Assembly: GCA_963823335.1 (NCBI GenBank)
Contig: CAWGLD010000001.1
Span: 1,600,001 to 1,664,000, forward strand
Origin: an uncultured delta proteobacterium
Lineage (GTDB): Bacteria > Desulfobacterota > Desulfobacteria > Desulfobacterales > B30-G6
Direction: 5' to 3'
Length of the DNA stretch: 64,000 bases
The notes beneath the pieces were generated by a model that ran no database searches, had not been told where the DNA came from, and saw only the letters and a list, made by a program, of their open reading frames with translations. This document shows positions 48,682 through 56,968 of the stretch, in pieces. How positions within the stretch are numbered: position 1 is the first letter of the stretch; every line of letters begins with the position of its first letter. The translations under genes were made by a program, and so were the position numbers.

Positions 48682-49280
48682 ATGGAAGCCATCAGTGTCG
48701 AGGCCAGAATGTCGGTATGGCCTGAAAAAAAATGATCGGCACCCGCTATGATTTCAAATCGTGATGTCGGATTCCAGGAGGGCAGGCGTTCCTGGATCAT
48801 GTGAGCCGGTGCAATGTCGTCCCTGGAGCCGGTGACCACCAGTGTCAGATTGGCAATCTCTTGTATGGGTCCGAAATCGATAAATGCTAGCGGGGGGGCC
48901 ACCATGATCATTTCGCTCACGGGTGCATCGCCCGGATGGATTTGGGCATTTACCCATGCGCCGAAGGAATAGCCTGCCAGGCATATTTTCTTAATGTCGA
49001 TTTGCGCAAGATAGGCCAATGCCTGGCAGGTGTCCCTTTTTTCTCCGATGCCTTTATCATGCGTCCCCTGGCTGCTGCCGACGCCCCTGAAATCGAAGCG
49101 CAATGTCGTATATCCCTGATTTTGAAATGCCCGGGTGATGGTTTCCACTACCGGATTGTACATGTTACCACCATACAGTGGATGGGGATGTGTCACGACA
49201 ACACCCTTTGCTCCGGCTCGATGCAGGAGCCCCTGTAATTGAGATCCATCAGAGTTGAACGAGATGTTTTCTTCCTTCAT
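48678..49280 (-). CDS. Alpha/beta hydrolase
   Basis: HPHPLYGGNM.N, FDFRGVG.S, GYSFG nucleophile elbow, GADHFF. Confidence 0.9.
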   Translation of the reverse strand: MKEENISFNSDGSQLQGLLHRAGAKGVVVTHPHPLYGGNMYNPVVETITRAFQNQGYTTLRFDFRGVGSSQGTHDKGIGEKRDTCQALAYLAQIDIKKICLAGYSFGAWVNAQIHPGDAPVSEMIMVAPPLAFIDFGPIQEIANLTLVVTGSRDDIAPAHMIQERLPSWNPTSRFEIIAGADHFFSGHTDILASTLMASI

Positions 49281-50377
49281 CCAGCACCTTTCAACCGGCT
49301 TTTGGGGTTGTTGCTTTTAGAATCCTTATCCGCAGGATAGGTTCCGAGATTCTTCATGGAAATTGTAAGCTTCTCCATTCTATCCAGAACATCCATGATC
49401 TTTTCATCAGAACCCGAGCCTTCAAAATCAAGAAAAAAACTGTAATTACTCGGTTCCGAGCGTAAGGGCATGGACGCAATTCTTGTCAGGTTGATATCGG
49501 TTTCTGCGAAGAGACGCAGGACGCCGTAAAGACTGCCGGCCGTGTGGGATGTGGCAAAGATAATCGAGGTCTTGTTACCGCCGCCGACGTTTGCCTCTTT
49601 GGACAAAAGAAGGAACCGGGTTGAATTGGAAGGCCCGTCTTCAATTTTTTCTTTGACAATTTCGAGGTTATAGAGCTCCGCGCTCAAGGCACTGGCGATG
49701 GCCGCCGCCGCTTTTATATTTTCTCGGGCAAGCATTTTTGCCGCGCCTGCCGTGTCATAAAAAGGTCTTGGTTCGAGTTTGTTGCGGGTGAGAAATCCCC
49801 GGCACTGTGCCAGCGCCTGGGGATGTGAATAGACCATCCGAATTTCCCGGTAATCCGTATCCTCGGTTGCCAGAAGGCAATGGTTCACTGGTACCTTGGC
49901 TTCGCCGATAACCTTCAGGCGGGTAGTGGTCAGCAGTTCATTGACCTGTGTTACGGCGCCTTCCAGGGAGTTTTCCACGGGCACCACACCCAGATCGAGA
50001 AAACCTTCTTCGACACCGTGAAAGACGTCCGCAAATTCCATGCAGGGAATGTAAGCACCTCCTGGAACTAACCGACGGGCGGCCACCTCGCCGTAGGCCC
50101 CGTGTTCGCCTTGAAATGCCACCAGGAGACGCGCCTCCTTCTGGAGGCGTTTGCTTTCCGTGATAATGGTCTGCAGCAGTTGCTTTGAGAAAGATCCTTC
50201 GATGAGATCCAGTTTCATGCGCCCGATCTTGTCGAGGATGCTTTTTTCCCTTTGCGGATCACTGATGGTGTCTTTGAACTTGTTGGAGCGCAATGCCAGT
50301 CCCATTCTCTCTTGGAGAATGACCAGAAGTTCCCTGTCAATTTTATCGATCCGGCTGCGAATTTCTTCCAGTTTCAT
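49277..50377 (-). CDS. pheA: Chorismate mutase/prephenate dehydratase (P-protein)
   Basis: [44 protein letters not shown]-terminal ACT domain. Confidence 0.95.
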   Translation of the reverse strand: MKLEEIRSRIDKIDRELLVILQERMGLALRSNKFKDTISDPQREKSILDKIGRMKLDLIEGSFSKQLLQTIITESKRLQKEARLLVAFQGEHGAYGEVAARRLVPGGAYIPCMEFADVFHGVEEGFLDLGVVPVENSLEGAVTQVNELLTTTRLKVIGEAKVPVNHCLLATEDTDYREIRMVYSHPQALAQCRGFLTRNKLEPRPFYDTAGAAKMLARENIKAAAAIASALSAELYNLEIVKEKIEDGPSNSTRFLLLSKEANVGGGNKTSIIFATSHTAGSLYGVLRLFAETDINLTRIASMPLRSEPSNYSFFLDFEGSGSDEKIMDVLDRMEKLTISMKNLGTYPADKDSKSNNPKSRLKGAG

Positions 50378-50439
50378 GTTTCACCTCGGTGTTGGTATGT
50401 GTTGATAATGATATAACCCGGAGTCCCATTGAATGCTTT

Positions 50440-50544
50440 CAGGCTGAGACGACCGGTGCTGTGTGTCGGGTCAATGATGACGGGAAGATGGGTCAATTCT
50501 TTTATAGCAGGAACCGCACTCAGATCAAGGGTGTTTCGGGTCTC
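50440..50544 (-). pseudogene. aroF: 35-codon internal relic of a type I-beta DAHP synthase
   Basis: Translates as [35 protein letters not shown]; no start codon and no N- or C-terminal parts. Confidence 0.85.
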
Positions 50545-50551
50545 AGGGCCT

Positions 50552-50586
50552 AAAAAAAACCCGAGCGGTCTGAAATGTCCACCCGG
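50552..50586 (-). terminator. Attenuator terminator hairpin
   Basis: CCCGGGUGG-loop-CCGCUCGGG followed by U8. Confidence 0.85.
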
Positions 50587-50608
50587 GGAACGTGATTATC
50601 TGTGGTTG

Positions 50609-50698
50609 TCAGATAAGCGGATGGATGCCTCTAAAGCAGAAAGAGAAGCCCCCAAAATAATAACGTATGGATTGTCTATGGTTTATCGCTGTATTCAT
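50609..50698 (-). CDS. Tyr/Phe-rich attenuator leader peptide, 29 aa (MNTAINHRQSIRYYFGGFSFCFRGIHPLI)
   Basis: GAGGA RBS; 2 Tyr and 4 Phe within 10 codons; followed by alternative hairpins and a terminator upstream of the aroF relic and pheA. Confidence 0.78.
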   Translation of the reverse strand: MNTAINHRQSIRYYFGGFSFCFRGIHPLI

Positions 50699-50855
50699 CG
50701 GTGTCCTCATGTGGGCGTGTAGGCATATTTAACCGAGGGATCTTTGTCAAGAGGAAATTATCACTTGACCCTTGCGGGTTTTTTTTAGTATGAATTCCAG
50801 AAGGTTAATGTATGCTGCATAATTCGGTGAAGTTTGAACAAAAAACCAGGAATGA

Positions 50856-51860
50856 GTGGCCTTTATGAAAACTGTAATGATTGTCGACAATGATCCGATC
50901 ATGCTCGAAATTATAGCCAGCCTGTTGAGAGATCATGGTATATTTTTCCGGATCATAAAAGTTGAAAGCAGTGCCAAGGCATTGAAGCTTATCGACAAAG
51001 TAGCGGTTGACCTGGTGATTACCGGTCTTCGGGTACCCGAGGAAAACAGCATCCATTTTATCCAGAAATTGAAAGATTCCTGGCCAGAGATATCACGAGT
51101 GGTTCTGACCGATGTAGTATCACCGACGTTGAAATCAAAAATCGATCAGCTAGGTGTGTCGGCTTATCTGGAAGAGCCTATCAATATGGATTCACTTACC
51201 GAGCTGCTGCTGGATGAGCTAAAGATAGCATATGGCGGTCGCATCCGTGGTATCAGTCTTTCATCGTTCACCCAAATGCTCGAACTGGAAGGGAGTTCTT
51301 GTTTCCTGCGTGTCCGTGGAAATCGCCAAACCGGAGAACTGTTCTTCAGCAAGGGTGAGCTGGTTGCCGCAAAGCTCGGGGGTCTGGAGGGCAAAAAAGC
51401 TGCCATTGACATCCTGGGATGGCCCGAAACCATGATCGATATCGATTTTACACCGTTTGAAAGGGAGCGGGAGATCAATATCCCTCTCATTAATCTTCTG
51501 CTGGAAAGTCACAAGGCCGAGGATGAACGGCAGATTAAAAATGCCGAGATGCGGCATTATCCACGCTACGACTGTCACATCACGGTAGATTTCGATATCA
51601 GTGACTGGTCTTACGAGGGGGTTGTAAAGAATATCAGCTTCGGCGGTGTATATATCGAGACGCACCACCCGGTGACGGTCAGCAGTGAAATTATGTTGGC
51701 CCTGACATCTTTGGATAACTGGAGACACTGTACCATCAAGGGTATGGTTGTTCGAAGGGATTCCCAGGGGATCGGAGTGGTTTTCCAGGGCTTGAGTCTC
51801 TATCAGCAACAGGTTGTCCAATCCTACCTCAAATCGAATTTAAGCAAACAGGGGGCCTAG
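50856..51860 (+). CDS. Degenerate receiver / DUF4388-like / PilZ domain protein
   Basis: REC-like N-terminus, GISLSSFTQMLELE...GELFF.KGEL, PilZ RHYPR and NISFGG. Start GTG 50856 or ATG 50865. Confidence 0.8.
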   Translation: MAFMKTVMIVDNDPIMLEIIASLLRDHGIFFRIIKVESSAKALKLIDKVAVDLVITGLRVPEENSIHFIQKLKDSWPEISRVVLTDVVSPTLKSKIDQLGVSAYLEEPINMDSLTELLLDELKIAYGGRIRGISLSSFTQMLELEGSSCFLRVRGNRQTGELFFSKGELVAAKLGGLEGKKAAIDILGWPETMIDIDFTPFEREREINIPLINLLLESHKAEDERQIKNAEMRHYPRYDCHITVDFDISDWSYEGVVKNISFGGVYIETHHPVTVSSEIMLALTSLDNWRHCTIKGMVVRRDSQGIGVVFQGLSLYQQQVVQSYLKSNLSKQGA

Positions 51861-51902
51861 TCGTTTCAGAACCTCAGGTGGCATTCTAGGTTTAATCCTT
51901 AC

Positions 51903-52058
51903 ATGTTCCGGACTGATGAATGGGGAGACGGAAACTACAGTAGAGAACTATCCGAAACTCCCTTTGGGAAATGGACCATGGTCATGGTGGTGCTGCATCC
52001 AAATGGCGACCCCAAGGACATGGACAACATGGTGGGTGCTTTGAAGGCTTCATTGTAG
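51903..52058 (+). pseudogene. Short 51-aa ORF, probably the C-terminal remnant of a gene
   Basis: MFRTDEWGDGNYSRELSETPFGKWTMVMVVLHPNGDPKDMDNMVGALKASL; protein-like composition, no clear RBS. Confidence 0.4.
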
Positions 52059-52171
52059 TGTATTACGGGAGCAATCTGCCCTCTTGTTTGAACGGGGGCA
52101 GGTTGTCGAGCACTTTATCAAAAGATTACATAGTGATTTGGATCATGCCATTGCAGAGGAGAGGACACAAT

Positions 52172-52939
52172 ATGAATAGGCCTAAACAACATTTGAACAC
52201 CGGAATATATACCTGCTGGATTCTGGTCATTGGATGGATCTTAATGTTGCCTGTCGCTACATGGTCGGCGGAAGATCATCAAATTTTTGGTGAGCTTCTG
52301 ACAAAATACAACCAGGAAGGTCATGTGGATTATGCGGGATTGAAAAGGCAAGAAGCCCGTCTTGATATTTATCTGGAGGAACTGGCTGGAAGCGATCCGG
52401 ATTCACTTCCCCGCAACGAACGGTTCGCATTTTATGTAAACGCCTACAATGCCTGGACAATCAAGCTCGTTCTTTCCGGATATCCGGGTATTGAGTCCAT
52501 AAAAAATCTTGGAAGCCTGTTTAAAAGCCCTTGGAAGCAAAAAATTGTCAATTTAGGAGGAATACTAACAACCCTGGACCATATCGAACACGATATTCTT
52601 CGCCCGGAGTTTAAAGACCCAAGGGTCCATTTTGCCATCAATTGCGCCTCCAAAGGATGTCCCCCATTGTATCGGGAACCGTTTTCCGGCAGTCGATTGG
52701 ATATGCAGCTGAACGAAGTAACCCGGCATTTTATCAATAATCCAGAATTTAATCGCCTGGAAGGAAACACATTATACGTCAGTAGCATCTTTAAATGGTT
52801 CAGTGAAGATTTCAACGACGACATCGTTGGTTTTTTTGAAAAATACGCATCCAACGAACTAAAGAGTGACATCATTGCCCGCAAACCATCTCTTAAACTA
52901 AAATATCTGGACTATGATTGGTCCCTGAACGGAAGCTGA
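52172..52939 (+). CDS. DUF547 domain exported protein
   Basis: VDYAGL, AFYVNAYNAWT, TLDHIEHDILR, DPRVHFAINCASKGCP, SSIFKWF.EDF, YDWSLN. RBS GAGGA before ATG 52172. Confidence 0.9.
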   Translation: MNRPKQHLNTGIYTCWILVIGWILMLPVATWSAEDHQIFGELLTKYNQEGHVDYAGLKRQEARLDIYLEELAGSDPDSLPRNERFAFYVNAYNAWTIKLVLSGYPGIESIKNLGSLFKSPWKQKIVNLGGILTTLDHIEHDILRPEFKDPRVHFAINCASKGCPPLYREPFSGSRLDMQLNEVTRHFINNPEFNRLEGNTLYVSSIFKWFSEDFNDDIVGFFEKYASNELKSDIIARKPSLKLKYLDYDWSLNGS

Positions 52940-53049
52940 TATTTTTTATCCTCCCCGTTTCCATACGATTAAACACTGACGACTTGCAAAATGGGGTTAT
53001 TTTGGTATTTTAATGGAGTCGTATAACGATCTTATAAAGGTATCATCAT

Positions 53050-53184
53050 AAATTCTTCAATGCAAAAGGGGGCTGGCAGATTCGTCCGGAACACTGGAGC
53101 ACCAATCCAGGCAAGTCCCAGGAGATCAAAGAAGCTTTTGACCATTTTTACCGATGTCTTTCGGACATGCCGCCAAGAACGGTG
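53050..53184 (+). pseudogene. Internal fragment resembling an ECF sigma-70 factor
   Basis: KFFNAKGGWQIRPEHWSTNPGKSQEIKEAFDHFYRCLSDMPPRT resembles the F...G.W...P..W...P...CL..LP linker before sigma region 4. An in-frame stop lies just upstream. Confidence 0.5.
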
Positions 53185-53187
53185 ATC

Positions 53188-54069
53188 TTATTTGGGGAGA
53201 TTCTTGGCGTTCTTGGCATTCCGGCCCAGGATGACCATCAGAATGCCACCCAGCGTCAGCAGGGCAGAGAGTGTCAAACGCAGGTTTATCTGCTCTGAAA
53301 CGAACACAACGCCCCCGAAACCAGCGATGACAGGCACCGACAGTTGGACAACAGCGGCCTGCGTTGCGGAGATCCCCCGAAGCGCCATATACCATAGGGT
53401 GTAACCAATTCCGGATGTAATGCCGCCGGATATGGCTGCCAGAACGATTCCCTCGCCAGAGATGTGCATGTTGTGAAAAAAGAACAGACCCAGGGTCATC
53501 GCCAACGGAACTGAACGCAGAAAGTTGTAGCTTGTATCAGACAAGGGGTTTGTCGAAGCCCTGCCTTTCAGTGTGTAGAGACCCCAGGCAACGCCGGCCA
53601 ATGCCATCAGAGAAAAACCGCTAATGGAAGGCGCCGTGACACCGGGCAGGACAAGATATACAATACCGGAGAACGCGGTGGCGACACCCATCCATTCGAT
53701 TGGAAGCAGTCTGTTTCCTGAAAGAAAAGACTTGAAGATCATCGTTATTTGTACGGAGCCGAATAAAATCAGTGCGCCTGTTCCTGTGTTGAGGGTCAAA
53801 TAGGCAAATGAAAATGCAACGGCATATAGAAACAACATTAAGGCTGCCGACCAACTGCCTCTGCTGGTGGTGTTATTGTTGCCGCTTAATTTTAATATGC
53901 ATAGCAGAACAAGGGCACCGGACAACAGCCGGATGGACGTAAAGCCGGCCGCATCGATAACCTTGCCCCCCAGTGCCAGTCTGCACAGCACGGAGTTGGC
54001 GGCAAAGGCAATCAGTGCCAGGGTTGTTAGGGCTATTGGCTTGGCGACATGCATTCCACTTTCAGACAT
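53188..54069 (-). CDS. DMT/EamA family transporter
   Basis: AFAANSVLCRLAL, FTSIRL.SGA, GTGALILFGSVQ, QLSVPVIA. Confidence 0.88.
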   Translation of the reverse strand: MSESGMHVAKPIALTTLALIAFAANSVLCRLALGGKVIDAAGFTSIRLLSGALVLLCILKLSGNNNTTSRGSWSAALMLFLYAVAFSFAYLTLNTGTGALILFGSVQITMIFKSFLSGNRLLPIEWMGVATAFSGIVYLVLPGVTAPSISGFSLMALAGVAWGLYTLKGRASTNPLSDTSYNFLRSVPLAMTLGLFFFHNMHISGEGIVLAAISGGITSGIGYTLWYMALRGISATQAAVVQLSVPVIAGFGGVVFVSEQINLRLTLSALLTLGGILMVILGRNAKNAKNLPK

Positions 54070-54112
54070 CTGAGGGTTTCCTTATGTAAGGTCTCCGAGT
54101 TGAAAGGACATT

Positions 54113-55543
54113 CTATTTTCTGCGCCGGGGCTTGTAGAAGTGGGTAGCGGTATTGAAAAAGAGGTCTGCCGCTTCCATGACGGTTTCCGTCAGTGTGGGA
54201 TGCGGATGTATGGATAGTTTGAGATCTGTTGCATTGGCCCCCATTTCGATGGCCAGCACACCCTCGGCGATCATTTCGCTTGCTCCGGGGCCGGCAATGC
54301 CCACGCCCAGGATGCGTTCCGTCTGGGGCTGGATGATCAGCTTGGTCAGACCGTCGGTACGGTCGATGGCTATGGCGCGGCCGGATGCTGCCCAGGGAAA
54401 TCGGGTTACCTGAAAATCGATCCCACTTTCCCGGGCCTCTTTTTCGGTCCAACCGGCCCAGGCGATTTCCGGATCGGTAAACACCACCGCTGGTATCGCT
54501 GCAGGGTCAAAGGCTGTCTTCTTGCCGGAGATAACCTCCACGGCCGCACGGCCTTGATGGGAAGCCTTATGGGCCAGCATGGGCTCGTTGGCCACATCCC
54601 CAATAGCGAAAATATGCGGGGACGTTGTGCGGCACTGGGCATCGATCTTGATGAAAGCCTTGTCATCGGTTTCGATACCTGCCTTGGCAAGACCGATACT
54701 TTCGGAATTGGGCCGACGCCCGACGGCGACAAGAATCTTGCTGAAGAGACGAGTTTGTGATTCATCGCCCGGTCCGGTCAAGGTCACCTGGATACCATTC
54801 TTCTTAACATTGAAACTGTGCGCCCGGGTTTCCAGAGCGATGGTTTCGAACAATGGATCCAGGCGTCGCTTTAATATGCTTACCAGGTCTTTGTCGACGC
54901 CCGGCAGCAGACTTGAGGTGATCTCTGCCACCGTTACCCGCGATCCCAAGGAGGCATAGACCGTCCCCAGTTCGAGACCGATATAGCCCCCACCGACCAC
55001 CAGCAGGGTCTCTGGAATATCTGCAAGTTCAAGGGCACGCCTTGAATCCAGAATGTTGGGGCTGTCCAACCACAGACCGTCTGGCTTGGTTGAAACAGAC
55101 CCTGTGGCGACAATGGCATGTTTGAAGGCGCAGACAATGGTCTTGTCCGTATCGGTTTGAATGGTGAGTTCGTGATCATTTTTGAACTGTGCCATCCCTT
55201 GGATATAATTGATCTTACGCTGGGAAGACAGGCGGCCGAGTCCATCCGTCAGTTTGCCGACCACCTTGTTTTTCCAGGACCGAAGTTTGTCGATATCGAT
55301 TGTCGGTGTTGAAAACAGCACGCCCCATTTCTCGGATTCGGATGCTTCATGTATCACCCTGGCAGCATTCAGATATGTTTTCGAAGGGATACATCCCCGG
55401 TAGAGGCAAACGCCGCCAGGATTCTTATTGGGATCGATCAACACGACATCCATCCCCAGATCGGCCGCCAGAAATGCTGCTGCGTAGCCGCCTGGCCCGG
55501 CGCCCAACACCGCAATCTCCGTGTTTATGTCTTTATCAGGCAT
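54113..55543 (-). CDS. lpdA: Dihydrolipoyl dehydrogenase (E3)
   Basis: GAGPGGY, GGVCLYRGCIPSK, GGGYIGLE, LAHKA, HPHPTLTE. Confidence 0.95.
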   Translation of the reverse strand: MPDKDINTEIAVLGAGPGGYAAAFLAADLGMDVVLIDPNKNPGGVCLYRGCIPSKTYLNAARVIHEASESEKWGVLFSTPTIDIDKLRSWKNKVVGKLTDGLGRLSSQRKINYIQGMAQFKNDHELTIQTDTDKTIVCAFKHAIVATGSVSTKPDGLWLDSPNILDSRRALELADIPETLLVVGGGYIGLELGTVYASLGSRVTVAEITSSLLPGVDKDLVSILKRRLDPLFETIALETRAHSFNVKKNGIQVTLTGPGDESQTRLFSKILVAVGRRPNSESIGLAKAGIETDDKAFIKIDAQCRTTSPHIFAIGDVANEPMLAHKASHQGRAAVEVISGKKTAFDPAAIPAVVFTDPEIAWAGWTEKEARESGIDFQVTRFPWAASGRAIAIDRTDGLTKLIIQPQTERILGVGIAGPGASEMIAEGVLAIEMGANATDLKLSIHPHPTLTETVMEAADLFFNTATHFYKPRRRK

Positions 55544-55565
55544 GATAAGATCTCCCAGGTTTCGG

Positions 55566-56954
55566 CTAAAGATGCATATTCAGTGGATGTTCCAGTGCCT
55601 CGCAGAGCCATCGTAAAAACCGTGCTGCATTCGCACCATCATTGATGCGGTGATCGTAAGAGAGCGCTAACGGCAGCAGCGTGCCCGGAATCCATTTTTC
55701 ATCGACGTAGAGCGGTTCGGTTGCAGCCCGGCCGACACCCAGGATGGCTGCCTGGGGCCAGTACACGATGGGGGTAAAGTGGGCGCCGCCGATTGCGCCT
55801 TGATTGGAAAGGGTAAAGGTACCGCCTTCCATCTCATCGGGTTGGAGTCGTTTACGGCGCGCGCGGTCGGCCAAGGCAACAATTTCAAGAGAAATTTCCG
55901 TGATTGATTTTCGGTCGACATCTCGAATGACCGGAACCAGCAGGCCTCGCTCGGTGTCCACTGCAATCCCCACGTGGATGTATTGTTTCAAAATAATTTG
56001 TTGTTTCTGCATGTCGAGACTGGCATTGAAACTTGGGAAGCGTTTCAGGCCCTCGGCCATGACCTTCAGAAGTATGGCGGTAACGGTCAGTTTTGACCCT
56101 GATTTTGCCATTTTGCGGTTGACCGTTTCGATCCAGTTCTCCAACTGGGATATGTTCGCACTGTCGAACTGGGTAACCTGTGGGACAGTTCTCCAGGAGC
56201 GCGCCATGCTTTCGGCGGTGATACGGCGCACGCTGGTTATGTCCTTCGTTTCTACCGATCCCCAACGGGTGAAATCAGGCAGAGCAGGATCTGTCCCGGT
56301 ATCCGTACCGGAAACTGCCCGGGGTCCGGGGCCGCTCGTTCGGGTATCTTGAATGTACTTTTTGACATCTTCTTCAGAGATTCGTCCACCCGGACCCGTA
56401 CCATCGATTGCGTGAATTTCCACCCCAAGCTCACGGGCGAGACGTCTCACCGAAGGCGCTGCGGGAGCCGGTGGTCCTCCCTTGCGGGTTTGTTTCGAAT
56501 CGTGCGTCTCAATTTCGACAGCTTTCTCTTCTGACGGGTCTTTCTCGTACTGGGTATCTGAGGAAGGCCTGTTTTCCTTCTCGATATCTCCGGCATCAGA
56601 TCCATCTGCAGATCGGGGTTCCGAATCTGTTTTCTGATCTTTTTGGTTCTCCTTTACCACTTGGGCGTATTCGACATGACCGGTCGCCTCACTTTCAGGG
56701 GTTTCCGTATCCTCATCTGCGGTATCCAGCGTTGCAATAACGTCACCGATTTTTATTTCATCGCCCTCATTAACCCGTATTTCCACGATGTTGCCTCTGG
56801 CAGGCGAGGGGATTTCCACCACCGCCTTTTCTGTTTCAAATTCGATGATGCCGTCATCTTTTTCCACCAGGTCGCCTTGGGATACGAGAATGCCAACCAC
56901 AATACCCGACACGACATTTTCACCGATATCTGGAACCGTTATCTTTTCAATCAT
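55566..56954 (-). CDS. aceF: Dihydrolipoamide acetyltransferase (E2), single lipoyl domain
   Basis: Lipoyl ETEKAVVEIPSP, E3-binding AAPSVRRLARELG, catalytic LSYDHRINDG. Confidence 0.92.
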   Translation of the reverse strand: MIEKITVPDIGENVVSGIVVGILVSQGDLVEKDDGIIEFETEKAVVEIPSPARGNIVEIRVNEGDEIKIGDVIATLDTADEDTETPESEATGHVEYAQVVKENQKDQKTDSEPRSADGSDAGDIEKENRPSSDTQYEKDPSEEKAVEIETHDSKQTRKGGPPAPAAPSVRRLARELGVEIHAIDGTGPGGRISEEDVKKYIQDTRTSGPGPRAVSGTDTGTDPALPDFTRWGSVETKDITSVRRITAESMARSWRTVPQVTQFDSANISQLENWIETVNRKMAKSGSKLTVTAILLKVMAEGLKRFPSFNASLDMQKQQIILKQYIHVGIAVDTERGLLVPVIRDVDRKSITEISLEIVALADRARRKRLQPDEMEGGTFTLSNQGAIGGAHFTPIVYWPQAAILGVGRAATEPLYVDEKWIPGTLLPLALSYDHRINDGANAARFLRWLCEALEHPLNMHL

Positions 56955-56968
56955 CTGCCTACCTCATC

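Noticed and set aside
51971-52171. N-terminal extension of the DUF547 ORF
   Set aside because: ATG 52172 has the RBS and precedes the signal peptide; the extension overlaps a different remnant frame.
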